In this document: piece by piece, positions 38,247-48,421 of the stretch | How positions within the stretch are numbered: the first letter of the stretch is position 1 | How the letters are laid out: each line of letters opens with the position of its first letter | IMG/VR virus record: IMGVR_UViG_3300021079_000006 | Coordinates: 1 to 64,000 of that record | Source: an uncultured virus (IMG/VR IMGVR_UViG_3300021079_000006) | Taxonomy: Duplodnaviria > Heunggongvirae > Uroviricota > Caudoviricetes | DNA: 64,000 bases | Strand: one strand, 5' to 3' | Notes under the pieces: model-generated | Told to the model about the DNA's origin: nothing | Databases searched by the model: none | Seen by the model: only the letters and a program-made list of their open reading frames with translations | Made by a program: the position numbers and the translations under genes

Positions 38247-39259
38247 CAGTACGTTTTGTAACCGAGGTGCTTTACAGGAATTCCAAGGTCGATATGGCAT
38301 TGATGCCCCGCCTTTTTTGCTCGTCTGCAAAAAGCAACATCCTCACTGGCTCCCGTTGTTGGTAAAAAGTAATCGCCTTTCACTTCTGGTTGCGTGGCGG
38401 CAATGTCTTCAAACACTTTTCGGTGGATCATAATACAACCAGCGCCGATCCAGTCTACAGCAGCCACTTTGTCGGCAAACGCCCGGGCGTCAGCCACAAG
38501 CGACTGGTCGCTGCACATCAGCCGTGCGCCTTCCTGCCTGCCAAAGTAAGCGGCCCCGACAAGTTGCTTGCCCGCGCCCATAAGGCGGTGCAGAACGTGT
38601 CGCAGCAGCGGCTGATCCAGCATGCTGCGAGTTGACTCTACCCAGCTCTTGTACCAAGCCGCTCGGCCAATACTCGGGATGATGTCGTGGTCCAACATGA
38701 ACAGCCACTTGGCGTCTGTTTCAAGGAACTTTTGAGCAATCATATTTCGGGCAACATGGATCTCTGTGTTAATCACGCAATCAAACCGAATGCGGTCTTT
38801 CCCAAAATCCAGCGCCATTGCCAAAAGCGCCATCGTCGTTACTGGGTTGCTTGTTCCATACCAAGGCAAACCAACAAATATATCCCGCCCGGCAAACTCG
38901 CAGCGGTACGAAGGCATTCCGTTTTGATCGTGGGACTCTGTGATTGGATTGGTGAACAATTCCTCTACGGTTTCTGGTCCTTGCGCAGAAACCGTAACGT
39001 CAGCAGGCTCTAGCTCCTTGATTTCTTCAAGAACGGCCTTGGGGCGTCGGCGCCTGCGCTCCTTACTTTCAATGGCAATGTCAATCAAATCGTCGCCTTC
39101 TATATCCCGTTGCGTAATTGGATCTTGGTCCGGATCAGGCATCCTTGCGGCAGGGCGACCACCCAACGTCTGCGGCGGGCGCACCGGGGTTGAAAACGGG
39201 TTAGCGGAATCTAGCGCCGAAAGAGTACGACGCTCCATTGGAGAGATTTTTTGCTCCAT
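38246..39259 (-). CDS. Glycosyltransferase, GT-A fold (GT2-like), with a disordered N-terminal extension
   Basis: ARN....FL...WLFMLDHD, GAGCIMIHRKVFE, SEDVAFC, HLG. Confidence 0.8.
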   Translation of the reverse strand: MEQKISPMERRTLSALDSANPFSTPVRPPQTLGGRPAARMPDPDQDPITQRDIEGDDLIDIAIESKERRRRRPKAVLEEIKELEPADVTVSAQGPETVEELFTNPITESHDQNGMPSYRCEFAGRDIFVGLPWYGTSNPVTTMALLAMALDFGKDRIRFDCVINTEIHVARNMIAQKFLETDAKWLFMLDHDIIPSIGRAAWYKSWVESTRSMLDQPLLRHVLHRLMGAGKQLVGAAYFGRQEGARLMCSDQSLVADARAFADKVAAVDWIGAGCIMIHRKVFEDIAATQPEVKGDYFLPTTGASEDVAFCRRAKKAGHQCHIDLGIPVKHLGYKTY

Positions 39260-39261
39260 AA

Positions 39262-40527
39262 TTAAGCTCCAGCCTCATCCAGCCCCATGTCAATTGCGTC
39301 CGATGCCGACATCTTAATGCGGTCATTAACATTCCCGCTTTTTGATGACGTTTGGCCTGAAACGGAATTGCGCGGCATTTTCCCAGATGCCTTAATTGAA
39401 TTCAATTCTTTGGTTAGCTGCGCAATCTGTTGCTGAAGCTTTGCTCCGTTGGACTGCTCGTAACGGAGTTGGTTTGTCACCACATGGCTTAAAGTGGCGG
39501 CTGCTGCAATTGCAGCTCGCTCACTAGAGCTTTTTGGATACAATGCCGAGTTAAACTTAGATTCTAAATCCTTCACTCCCTCATTGTGGGCCTGAATGCG
39601 TTGCATTTGCTCTGTGGTAGCTCCGGGCGGGATCTCTTGGTAGCGAGCCCACGGAACATCTTTTGTTAGGTTTTGGACGTAACCGTGAACCTGTTGAGAC
39701 TCCTGCTGATGCATCTCCTGCTGCTCGGCCTGACGCTGTTGCATCCACACCTCTTGATTTTGGGACGCCGATTCAAGATCTTGCTCACGAGCCAATTCAA
39801 TGTCATCGATTTGAAGTAATGCATTTTCAAGCCTGCGAGCGTCAACATACCCGTCATCAGTTGCGGCCAGACGGTCTATGGCATTCTTTTTCCACCATGC
39901 TTTACTGACTTTTCCGGGACCTCCAGCCTCCTCAATAGACTTGATGACGTCTTCCCCAGCTTGGTGTTTTCGGAGGAGCCAATATATGTTCTCGGTGCTT
40001 TGCTTTAGAGGGGCTTCGTATTTTTGCTTAAAACTAGGGTCATTTTTAAGATCAAACGTAGCTCGAAATTTACGAAGCTCCTCGTAGTCTGGGGGCGTTT
40101 GCTGCGACGTTTCTGCGAGTTTTTGCCGTAAAATTTCAGTCTCTGCTGCTTGCTTTTTGGCGAGGCTGGCACTTTCTGTCAGTTTACGCCAATTGCTTTG
40201 CTGCTTCTCTGACATGTTTGGCGGCATCGGGATTGCCGCAATGTCGGGGTCAATTTCGGGCTGTTGTTTCCCAAAATTTGTCTGGAAATTTGCCCCAAAC
40301 GGATTTTGTACATCCTGTTTTACCTCAGGTGTTTCTGTTTGGACGCTTCTCTTGTATGTGGATGTATTGTCCGGAGAATTGTCCGGAGAATTGGTTTCGG
40401 CTGCGTCCAATGCGGAATCGATTGAATCGCTGAGTGACTGGCTGATTGGGTCAGCATCTAGCCGCGCCGCTCCTCCGTCAGGATTTGCTGCCGTGATTTC
40501 TGGTACTGTGTCTTCGGTGTCGATCAT
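39262..40527 (-). CDS. Scaffolding protein (putative)
   Basis: Acidic low-complexity N-terminus, long coiled coils, between portal and capsid. Confidence 0.65.
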   Translation of the reverse strand: MIDTEDTVPEITAANPDGGAARLDADPISQSLSDSIDSALDAAETNSPDNSPDNTSTYKRSVQTETPEVKQDVQNPFGANFQTNFGKQQPEIDPDIAAIPMPPNMSEKQQSNWRKLTESASLAKKQAAETEILRQKLAETSQQTPPDYEELRKFRATFDLKNDPSFKQKYEAPLKQSTENIYWLLRKHQAGEDVIKSIEEAGGPGKVSKAWWKKNAIDRLAATDDGYVDARRLENALLQIDDIELAREQDLESASQNQEVWMQQRQAEQQEMHQQESQQVHGYVQNLTKDVPWARYQEIPPGATTEQMQRIQAHNEGVKDLESKFNSALYPKSSSERAAIAAAATLSHVVTNQLRYEQSNGAKLQQQIAQLTKELNSIKASGKMPRNSVSGQTSSKSGNVNDRIKMSASDAIDMGLDEAGA

Positions 40528-40532
40528 ATAAA

Positions 40533-40772
40533 CTACATTGTGGTGTGACTGCCAGACGCTGAATCGTCTGCTTGCGGAACGTCCGCTAAGATGTTTTCAA
40601 TTGCGCGAACGATACGTTCGCACCCTTCCTTGTGCTTTGCCTCTAAGGCAACAGACTCAATTGTTGTTCCAAGCAGCGGCGGAATTTGGTCCCGCAGATA
40701 CTTGAGAAGCTTGCCCCCAGTCTGCTGGTGATATTGTCGAAATCTGGCACTGTCGGATTGATTCCACGTCAT
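40533..40772 (-). CDS. Small portal-adjacent protein (Bbp19-like)
   Basis: GGKLLKYL...EG...V..IE pattern; position after the portal. Confidence 0.5.
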   Translation of the reverse strand: MTWNQSDSARFRQYHQQTGGKLLKYLRDQIPPLLGTTIESVALEAKHKEGCERIVRAIENILADVPQADDSASGSHTTM

Positions 40773-40773
40773 A

Positions 40774-41238
40774 CTATTTATTTTGTGCGTTATTTAATCC
40801 CGCTTCAATTGCATCTAAGTCTCTAACAACAGGCTTTGGCTCAACAAACCTTGGCTTAGTATTTGGTGATTCTTCAGGCAAAGCAAACACAGGCTTTCCT
40901 TCTTGCTCGCGTTGAATTGCGTGCCCAATTGCCTTGTGAATGATTCCCTTAAAAACTTCTGGGTCAGCCTGCTCGTGCTGCTCAACCGGGACATTAAGCA
41001 AGTAGTCCCGTTCTGCGTCACTTAAAGTTGGAACCATTAACGGAATGTCTGTTTGTTTCCCTCTATTCAAATCATCAACTTGAAATCCCATAGACAACTC
41101 GCTGGATTTTTTCCCAGACCCGTCGCCTCGGTCATACAATCCCAAAAAGCCGTGCCCTTTTTGCGAACCGTCAGCCCGTTTCCAGTCTGCTCCTTGTTCT
41201 TCTGTTGGTGGCTTTACGCCTAAGTTTACTCCTCCCAT
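40774..41238 (-). CDS. Hypothetical phage protein
   Basis: RADGSQKG.GFLG, SELS, IPLMVPTL; tightly coupled ORF. Confidence 0.6.
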   Translation of the reverse strand: MGGVNLGVKPPTEEQGADWKRADGSQKGHGFLGLYDRGDGSGKKSSELSMGFQVDDLNRGKQTDIPLMVPTLSDAERDYLLNVPVEQHEQADPEVFKGIIHKAIGHAIQREQEGKPVFALPEESPNTKPRFVEPKPVVRDLDAIEAGLNNAQNK

Positions 41239-41239
41239 A

Positions 41240-43639
41240 TTAAGCTGCTGTTGGTGGTCTTGGTGGTGTTGCTACGCCCGAAATCATTGCGTTCTGGTTT
41301 GGTGTTTGCTGCGTATAAACTTCGCCCATTTGTTTTTGTGCAGCCGCCGTTTGTTGCGGCCTTCCGCCTTGATGCGCGGCTGCGGGCGTAAGATCTGGAG
41401 GAGGCGGAGTATTGTGCCCTTTGGTAAGATGGTCGTGCGCTTGCCTGTACATCTGTTTGTATTTTCCAACAGCGTCCGAAGGCATTCCTTTGGCTTCCGC
41501 TGCTTGAATGTGCATGCCAAAATGCTCCATCGCTTTTGTGAGCATCATAACAAATTCAGGCGTCAATCCTCCCGCAGGAACGCCCTGAACAGCAGGCATT
41601 AACTTTTGAACCATCGTGTCCAGATGCACTTGATCGTTGTCACGAGGGGAAACAGGGATGTCCTGACCAGCAATAATAGACTGAAGCTCAATAATTTGCT
41701 GGCGGGTAGCCTCAATGGCCATTGCCTCCACTTGATCCTTTGGTAGAATCACTTCATTGGCCGTTGTCTCCCCTAACTTCTTGACCCAATCCATTTTCAT
41801 CAAGGCGTCTTGATTAATGTTTGGGTTGCCCATGTATCGCTGCACCATAACATCCAAGATCTGGTTGTCTTGCGCCGAATTGTCGGGAATCAACTCACTA
41901 GCAGGGCTGTAAGCCATCAGCAAGATATCTGCTGGAGAGATGTTTTTTTCAATCATCTCAAGGCAGCAATTGATTGCATCCTCGTCCAAGTGTTCAGGGA
42001 TTTCAAATGGGATAAGGAACGGCGGAAGTTCGAGCATTGAGCGGTCAAATGCATCAACTACTTCACGACGAGCCCAGATTGCAAATTTTTCTACCTGCCG
42101 AGCAAGGTCTAGTTTTCCCTTCAGATCGGCGGCTGCCTTGAGATGCTCTGGATGACAGATGCCACGTTGCATGCGCTCAACCCCGTGGGAAAATTGGCGA
42201 GAGAAGCGCATGAGAACGCCTTGTCTAAGTTGGTTCTCGATAGCTGCAACTCGGTTTACTTCCGATGCTGTCTTCTTTCCTTGCGTCTCCACCGGGCTTC
42301 CGGGAAGAAATGTCCCAACCTGAATTTCTGCAAGCTGAGAAACGAATCGGTCGAGTTGCAAAAAGTCCTCCACATTAGCTGGCAGGCCCTGCGGCACAAC
42401 ATCGTACCCTTCGGACACAAACGCAACAGGATGATGCACTGTTAAAGGAGCCATGTTTGGCTTTGCTGTTGGACCCTTTTTGAGCAGTAGCAACCCCTTA
42501 ATGTAGCTGTTGTCTACCACAAGGTTTCGAGCCTTGTCCACAGCGACGTGGGTGTTGTAAAGGTCACGGCCAGCGCCGCGACTAGACATTAAGTTCCCCG
42601 ATCCGATTTCAATGGCAAAGAGCGCAAGTGTCTCTGACATGCGGTTATAGCGATCAACCTGCGTACAAATTTCGTCTCCGCTTTTGTCGTCGAAAAGGAA
42701 GCGGGATATTTTTCCATGCGGTTCTTTGACCAAGATTTCACCCAGTTCCACATACTTTGCATCGTTCTCATAGCTGGCCCCATAGGACCCTTCTCGCTGC
42801 CAGTCTTCGTACCTGCGAGCGTCGTCATCTGCATCAAGCGTGCGCCCAGCAGGGATGGCGTTGTTGATAGCCTTAACTAGGTTTTTGATGTGCCACCCGG
42901 CCAGAATGGACATCTGTTCGTTTTCGAGGATCGGTAAAAGCTCGGCGATTTGATATCGACGTTTCCTTGCCCAGATTGGAGTTGCGTCAGAAAGCATCGG
43001 AGTTTCAATGCTAAAAAACGTATAATCTTGCCTGAGAAACTCAGGCTTCCAATCTCGGGTGTCGTCCCAACACCAGCCGCAATATCCGAACGTCGTATTT
43101 TCATGCACTGTTTGGGCGACAAGATCATCAAACCCGTTCCAACCCCGGATGCACTTGGTAATCGCATTCCGAAAGACTTTCGTCTTGTGTTCGGTGTCAA
43201 TGCCGTCCACCGGGTACTTTGCAAATGTAAGTGTCGCAGCCTGTTCTATGACTTCTCTAAACGGCGGCTGAATACGAGACACCATAGTAGAAAGGAAGCC
43301 AGTAGGGCGATTGGAGCGCCAATTTTGACCCATTGATTCGAGCTTTTTTGGCTGGTACGGTGGTTCATTATTTAATTTTTTTTGAATTAATTGATTCTTC
43401 CGATTGCGTTCGACGTTTTGCTGTTTAAGACGGCGGTACGCACTGTGAGCTTGCTGTGCGTCCTTGAACGTGCGCCGAACTTTAAGCGTGTCTGGATCTA
43501 CGGTATCAGTGTTTCCTACGTCCGGGTCCGTTACGTCCAACCCAAGAATCCGTGGCTTATCGTGATGATCACTTACTCGGGGGGCTTTGTCGGCAAACTT
43601 GTCAGTGATCCGAGGGTCAAGAGGCTTTATGTTTGCCAT
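41240..43639 (-). CDS. Portal protein
   Basis: 799 aa, KKTASEV motif, between terminase and scaffold. Confidence 0.75.
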   Translation of the reverse strand: MANIKPLDPRITDKFADKAPRVSDHHDKPRILGLDVTDPDVGNTDTVDPDTLKVRRTFKDAQQAHSAYRRLKQQNVERNRKNQLIQKKLNNEPPYQPKKLESMGQNWRSNRPTGFLSTMVSRIQPPFREVIEQAATLTFAKYPVDGIDTEHKTKVFRNAITKCIRGWNGFDDLVAQTVHENTTFGYCGWCWDDTRDWKPEFLRQDYTFFSIETPMLSDATPIWARKRRYQIAELLPILENEQMSILAGWHIKNLVKAINNAIPAGRTLDADDDARRYEDWQREGSYGASYENDAKYVELGEILVKEPHGKISRFLFDDKSGDEICTQVDRYNRMSETLALFAIEIGSGNLMSSRGAGRDLYNTHVAVDKARNLVVDNSYIKGLLLLKKGPTAKPNMAPLTVHHPVAFVSEGYDVVPQGLPANVEDFLQLDRFVSQLAEIQVGTFLPGSPVETQGKKTASEVNRVAAIENQLRQGVLMRFSRQFSHGVERMQRGICHPEHLKAAADLKGKLDLARQVEKFAIWARREVVDAFDRSMLELPPFLIPFEIPEHLDEDAINCCLEMIEKNISPADILLMAYSPASELIPDNSAQDNQILDVMVQRYMGNPNINQDALMKMDWVKKLGETTANEVILPKDQVEAMAIEATRQQIIELQSIIAGQDIPVSPRDNDQVHLDTMVQKLMPAVQGVPAGGLTPEFVMMLTKAMEHFGMHIQAAEAKGMPSDAVGKYKQMYRQAHDHLTKGHNTPPPPDLTPAAAHQGGRPQQTAAAQKQMGEVYTQQTPNQNAMISGVATPPRPPTAA

Positions 43640-43642
43640 ATG

Positions 43643-44221
43643 CTATAATGTAACCCAGCAGGCGCTAGGAAGGTTTGTTGCTCGTTGAAGGACCGAGCGG
43701 TCCATGAAGATTGCAGCCCTGTTGTCGTGGCGCATCAGTGTGCAGCCCCCGAGAACGGCGGAAGATTTGGTGTCACGGGCTTGCCGAACCGAGGCGCACA
43801 GCCTGTCTGTGGATGCGATACATGAATTGCAGCCGCCCCTCCAATTGACGTTGTTTGGGCAGGCCCGGCAAATCTGCGCTCGGGTCTCTGCGAGGTCCTC
43901 AGACACGAGAGGATGCGGTTCGTTTGAGTGCAGGATTCCCTTGGCCCACGTCCCAATGTCGTTCATCAGTTCGCCAGTTGCGGTTGTAGCGTTCACGCTT
44001 GTGATCGAAACCATGTCTACACCGTGGCAAAAGTTGGGCCAGTTCGAGCATATGTAGCTCGCCACGTCCCCTTCGATGTCGCCCCCGGGCAGGTGATTCT
44101 CGGCTCGGTACGTCTCCACGGCCTTGAGCAAGTCTGCATGACTATACCCTGCCAGCTTCACGTCGCTCTGGTAGTAGTGCCATCCCCCGGGAGGGACCAT
44201 GCCTATGATTGGTTTTGCCAT
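43643..44221 (-). CDS. Cys-rich hypothetical protein
   Basis: C..(5)..C, CRAC, CNSC and further Cys residues; PPGGW N-terminus. Confidence 0.7.
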   Translation of the reverse strand: MAKPIIGMVPPGGWHYYQSDVKLAGYSHADLLKAVETYRAENHLPGGDIEGDVASYICSNWPNFCHGVDMVSITSVNATTATGELMNDIGTWAKGILHSNEPHPLVSEDLAETRAQICRACPNNVNWRGGCNSCIASTDRLCASVRQARDTKSSAVLGGCTLMRHDNRAAIFMDRSVLQRATNLPSACWVTL

Positions 44222-44224
44222 AGA

Positions 44225-44740
44225 CTACAGAACAAACTCGTGGTGACACTTTGGACAGATTGTAGTGTCTGAGGGCTCTTTTTGCGGTTTTTCCGCAGAA
44301 ACAGGCTCAATATCTGGAGAACCGAGGAGTTCATCCAATTCTTCCTTACTGAACCCCAGCGCACTCACGTCAAAGTCTTCTTCCCGGAGAGCGTCAACCT
44401 CTGCGGCCAGCACGTCGTAATCCCACGCAGCCATCGTTGCCAGTTGATTGTCTGCAATGGTGTAAGCCCTAACCATTGCGTCATCAAGGTGCGCCAACAC
44501 GATGCAGGGGATCTGCTCGAGCCCTGCTTTCTTTGCTGCCAACACCCGTCCATGCCCGGCGATGATGCGCCCAGAGGAGTGGATGAGCACAGGGTTCGTA
44601 AACCCAAAAGTCTTGAGCGAGTCAGCCAGTGCCTCCACCTGTGCGTCAGAATGCACCCGGGCGTTCTGTGCGTATGGTTCCAGCTCACCAACCGAGCGCA
44701 TGACTACTTCAAGTCGTTCTTTTTTAATGGCGCTTTTCAT
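44225..44740 (-). CDS. ParB/Srx-like N-terminal domain protein with C-terminal zinc ribbon
   Basis: NAR.H, FGFTNPVLI, IIAGHGR, IADN, CPKC. Confidence 0.85.
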   Translation of the reverse strand: MKSAIKKERLEVVMRSVGELEPYAQNARVHSDAQVEALADSLKTFGFTNPVLIHSSGRIIAGHGRVLAAKKAGLEQIPCIVLAHLDDAMVRAYTIADNQLATMAAWDYDVLAAEVDALREEDFDVSALGFSKEELDELLGSPDIEPVSAEKPQKEPSDTTICPKCHHEFVL

Positions 44741-44918
44741 GGCTGGGACAGAGATAAACCTTCATGCCGTTCTCTAATGTGACCTGCTTAGATGTGAGTG
44801 TTCCGCATTTATCGTATTCCATGCCACTGGGGCCTTTGCGTGAGTCAATATGACCGCACTCGTACAGTTTACGAATTTGGGGTTCCTTTTTGGCTTTAGT
44901 TGGCTTGTAATCTCTCAC
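44724..44918 (-). CDS. Small hypothetical protein
   Basis: Coupled ORF with C/H residues. Confidence 0.45.
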   Translation of the reverse strand: MRDYKPTKAKKEPQIRKLYECGHIDSRKGPSGMEYDKCGTLTSKQVTLENGMKVYLCPSHEKRH

Positions 44919-45364
44919 GATTTATTTATGACAGTATTCTGATTTCTTTTAGATTTCAACTGAATGACCACGGTGTCTTTCCCAAGGCACTCCTTACAGT
45001 CTTCAGCCTCGTCAATGTAAATGATAGACCGGGCGTTCACCCCAGCTGCGTGGCCGCATTTTGAACAATGCTTTTCATTGTCCCGGACAAACACCTTGCG
45101 CTGTTCTCGTTTAAGTCGTGTCATGGTTCGTGGAAGCACTTCAGGGACGTTTACTGGGCCAAACCAAACAAGGCAGTCTTCGCTGAGTAGAAACTCTTCC
45201 GCCAAATTGTGCCTGACATTCTTGAGCACATAAGACTGTTGATCTTCCACTCCTTGCTGTGCGTTTTCTTCAGCATAGTACAAGAATCCAATATAATAGA
45301 TCCCCGGCTTATCGGGTCTTTTTGTCGCGTAAAGAGTCCAGCTTTTCTTGCCTCTGTTTTGCAT
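44915..45364 (-). CDS. Hypothetical protein with C-terminal CxxC..CxxC
   Basis: PDKPG.Y, WFGP, CSKC, CKEC. Confidence 0.55.
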   Translation of the reverse strand: MQNRGKKSWTLYATKRPDKPGIYYIGFLYYAEENAQQGVEDQQSYVLKNVRHNLAEEFLLSEDCLVWFGPVNVPEVLPRTMTRLKREQRKVFVRDNEKHCSKCGHAAGVNARSIIYIDEAEDCKECLGKDTVVIQLKSKRNQNTVINKS

Positions 45365-45677
45365 ATATTGATTTTCTAACTGGCTTTTTTGTTGGCGTTT
45401 TGTGATTAAGTGTCTGCATGAAATAACTTATCCACAAGAAATTAAGCGATACTCCAACATTTAAAAGCACCTCGCTCCATGTTGGCGTGGATAACGTCGC
45501 AACATTTGCAACTGCTCCGCAGAATGTGACGGAAGCAGCGGCTTTGCAAGCATACGCACCCCATTTATTTGCATACACAGGACTGCGTGGGTTTCCAAAC
45601 ACCCTGACAATAAGGTGTAGCATGGACCCCATGCAAATAATGTTAGCGACGACGTTGATTGCGGTTAATTGGCTCAT
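45309..45677 (-). CDS. Membrane protein (3 predicted TM helices)
   Basis: Hydrophobic helices and a basic tail. Confidence 0.6.
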   Translation of the reverse strand: MSQLTAINVVANIICMGSMLHLIVRVFGNPRSPVYANKWGAYACKAAASVTFCGAVANVATLSTPTWSEVLLNVGVSLNFLWISYFMQTLNHKTPTKKPVRKSIYAKQRQEKLDSLRDKKTR

Positions 45678-45957
45678 CTTGAGTTGGAGTAAATATCTTG
45701 TTGCTTATGGTTTCAACCGCTCTAAGACCGCAAAAACCAAGAAGAAAAGCAGCAGCATAACCATAGTGTGGATCTGAGTCTAAGTGTGAAATCTTGAGCA
45801 ATAACGGAGTCACATAGTTGGCCGACGCAGCGCCTCCTACAAGCGAAGCAATCGTGGCAATAAGGCTTTGCCCAGAAGTCTTGCTGCTCATCAGTACACT
45901 TCCAAACAAACCCGCAATCGCGAGTCCAATATCAATTCCTTCTTCCTTTAAGTTCAT
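45643..45957 (-). CDS. Holin-like membrane protein
   Basis: IAGLFGS, ANYVTP, AFLLGFCGLR; three TM segments; start taken at MNLKEE. Confidence 0.55.
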   Translation of the reverse strand: MNLKEEGIDIGLAIAGLFGSVLMSSKTSGQSLIATIASLVGGAASANYVTPLLLKISHLDSDPHYGYAAAFLLGFCGLRAVETISNKIFTPTQDEPINRNQRRR

Positions 45958-46025
45958 AACATAAGAGGGGGGCCGTCGCCCTCGGGGGGATAATATCATA
46001 AACCCCCTGTGGGGGCGTATTTTTT

Positions 46026-47900
46026 TTATTCAGAGAAATCCACAAAGCTCACAGCCGAATCCACCAAGGACACTAGTTCCTTTCCAACAGGCTCTGGCTT
46101 TTGCTCACTCATAGTAGCCACGTTCCCGCCCCTCTGCCTCATCAAATGCACAAGCATCGAAAGAGAATCCAGCGCATCGGGCGACCCCAGCCGAGTTCTC
46201 TTAATGTAATCCTTCTTGCTCTCCACCCGGACCATGCCCTGCCCCTTTTGCATGTATCGCCGAGAGATAGCCTGCTTGGTCAGATCCTCATTCCGAAACC
46301 CCGGGCTGATCTTGAGCCACTCAAACTCAAGGTACTTACCCAGCGCAAACAGTAGCTCAGTCACCAGCCCGTTATACAGCTCGCTTGCCTTCTGGCTGTC
46401 GTCTCCCATCACAGGCGTGTCCGTCGCCGCCCAGCTATAGTTCAAGCCCATCACCTCGCTGCCAAACGTCGAGCACAGCACATCGTGAATCCCCGCGCCG
46501 TTCCCGGTTCGGTCCACGCACAGCCAACGGGGGCTGATCTTCATCTGCTTGCAGAACTTCGCGATGGCCTGCGCCTGCTCAAGCGTAGCCGCCTTAGGAA
46601 AGGGCATCTGACTGTCGAGCTGCATCATCGTCCGAGGGCGTTTGAAGTCGTGGAACTTCCCAGAGCGGTCGGTCCAGCCGTCGCTCAATCCAAACCGTCC
46701 GTAGCTGCACAACACTTGGTCAACGCCTTCTAGGGCAAGATCGAACGAAGCCAACGGTACAACCGGACCTATGAACCTCACGATGCCCTGTGCGTTGTCC
46801 ATCATCGCTGGACTGATAATGCCCATGCTGATGCCTTCGTCAGGGAACCAGCCGCGAGCCATTGTCGATGCCTCTGCCGTGCGTCCCTTGCTCACGTAGG
46901 CCATGTAGCCTTCGTACGTCTGAAGCCCGTGGAACACCACCCGGCGTTCCTTCACGTTCTCGGAGTCTGCTCCGTCCAGCCGGATCACCTGCCAGTCGTC
47001 TCGGCTTCGCCAGTCCCTGTCCAACTCCATGTCTATGCTGCCCCATCCAAACTTCGGTTCGCACCGCTGGCCGAACTGGCTTGTCCTGTCTCGAGGGTTC
47101 GACGCAGCAAACACCTTGATCCGTCCCGGGGTGCTCGAGTCCGCTGCCGTCAGACAGTTCATGACGCCAGCCCAGACGCCGTCCGGGACCTCCTCAGCCT
47201 CATCCAACACTATGTGCGTCCGGGACACCTTGCCCCACCGGGGGTGCGCCGGGCCAAACCGGGGCGACGGGTGGAACCCACGCAGGCTCCCGTGGCCGCT
47301 CTCCCCCTTTGGTATGGCGACCAAATGGATGCCTTGCTTGCTGTCGGTCGTGGATTGGATGCTCGTGGCGAGGTCGTCGTCCATGCCCCCGGGGCGGACC
47401 AGCGCCGTCCGATGGAATGTCTTGATCGAGGCGAAGATGTTTCGCGTAGCGTGAGCAGCCGTCAGCGAGACGACCTTGATGCACGTCCAGTCCGGGTCCC
47501 TGTACCAGTCAAGGTAGAACCATGCCGCTGCCCCGTAGCTCTTGCCCATCGACCCGGCTCCCTGCACCAACAGCTTGTCCGTGCCCATCAGGCCCTCCCA
47601 TACCCGGCGGCAGCTCTCGGGCCTCCAGTCGAACGCCCCGGGTCCCCACAGCAGGATGGCCGCAGGCTCGAACAGGTCAGCGTCGAGCAGGTGCTGAACG
47701 TAGCTGCGAACGATCCGTTCCGCCATTGCCTCGGTGAGGGCTAGCTTGCCTCGGTGCTGGAGTGCCGCTGAAGCAATGTAGGCCGCGCAACGGATTAGCC
47801 CGCGCTCCTCACTAGAGTCAGCCAGCTCCCGGGCCTCGGTAGCGATGCGGATCGCCCGGGCTACCGGGGGTGGCAGTGTGGTGAGGAGGTCGTCGCTCAT
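46026..47900 (-). CDS. terL: Terminase large subunit
   Basis: Walker A GAGSMGKS, Walker B IVLDEAE, ASNP, nuclease acidic residues FDLA..D, VDRTGNG, SPDALD. Confidence 0.92.
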   Translation of the reverse strand: MSDDLLTTLPPPVARAIRIATEARELADSSEERGLIRCAAYIASAALQHRGKLALTEAMAERIVRSYVQHLLDADLFEPAAILLWGPGAFDWRPESCRRVWEGLMGTDKLLVQGAGSMGKSYGAAAWFYLDWYRDPDWTCIKVVSLTAAHATRNIFASIKTFHRTALVRPGGMDDDLATSIQSTTDSKQGIHLVAIPKGESGHGSLRGFHPSPRFGPAHPRWGKVSRTHIVLDEAEEVPDGVWAGVMNCLTAADSSTPGRIKVFAASNPRDRTSQFGQRCEPKFGWGSIDMELDRDWRSRDDWQVIRLDGADSENVKERRVVFHGLQTYEGYMAYVSKGRTAEASTMARGWFPDEGISMGIISPAMMDNAQGIVRFIGPVVPLASFDLALEGVDQVLCSYGRFGLSDGWTDRSGKFHDFKRPRTMMQLDSQMPFPKAATLEQAQAIAKFCKQMKISPRWLCVDRTGNGAGIHDVLCSTFGSEVMGLNYSWAATDTPVMGDDSQKASELYNGLVTELLFALGKYLEFEWLKISPGFRNEDLTKQAISRRYMQKGQGMVRVESKKDYIKRTRLGSPDALDSLSMLVHLMRQRGGNVATMSEQKPEPVGKELVSLVDSAVSFVDFSE

Positions 47901-48310
47901 AGTAGCTTGAATTCAGCGATGGGGATGTGCGCCATCGACTCGATATCTTGTGCGTCTGCCCTGTCCCGCCTGCCGCCCGAACGCACTTCGTATCGCTCGG
48001 GTTGCACCCATCCAAGGCAGTCCGTCCACTGCACCACCAACATAAACGGCAGGTTAGTCTGTTCAGCAAGGGCGCGACCCGCCAGCATCTTTGCCTCGGA
48101 CACTGCGTAGGTGTCGTACTGCGATTGAGGGTTGCTGCGGCACTTGATCTCGACCCACGCCATCAGCCTGCCGTTGCGATACAGGGCATAGTCCACCCCG
48201 CATAGCTTCGGCATCCGCAACCCCTGACATCGCCACCGCTCAAACAGTGTCTCCATCACTGCCGCCTCGTTGGCTCGGTCCGCCTCTGTCTCGTAGATGG
48301 GTCGGCTCAT
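47897..48310 (-). CDS. PD-(D/E)XK nuclease-like protein
   Basis: VDY...WVEIKCR; start taken at MSRPIYE. Confidence 0.65.
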   Translation of the reverse strand: MSRPIYETEADRANEAAVMETLFERWRCQGLRMPKLCGVDYALYRNGRLMAWVEIKCRSNPQSQYDTYAVSEAKMLAGRALAEQTNLPFMLVVQWTDCLGWVQPERYEVRSGGRRDRADAQDIESMAHIPIAEFKLL

Positions 48311-48421
48311 CGCCACGGGTTTGCCCAGCGCCACATGTACGCCAGCGCCCCCAGCGACACCATCCCGTAGAGGATGCCGATGAAGTCGCCGACACGGATG
48401 TCTACTCCGATGATCATGCGG

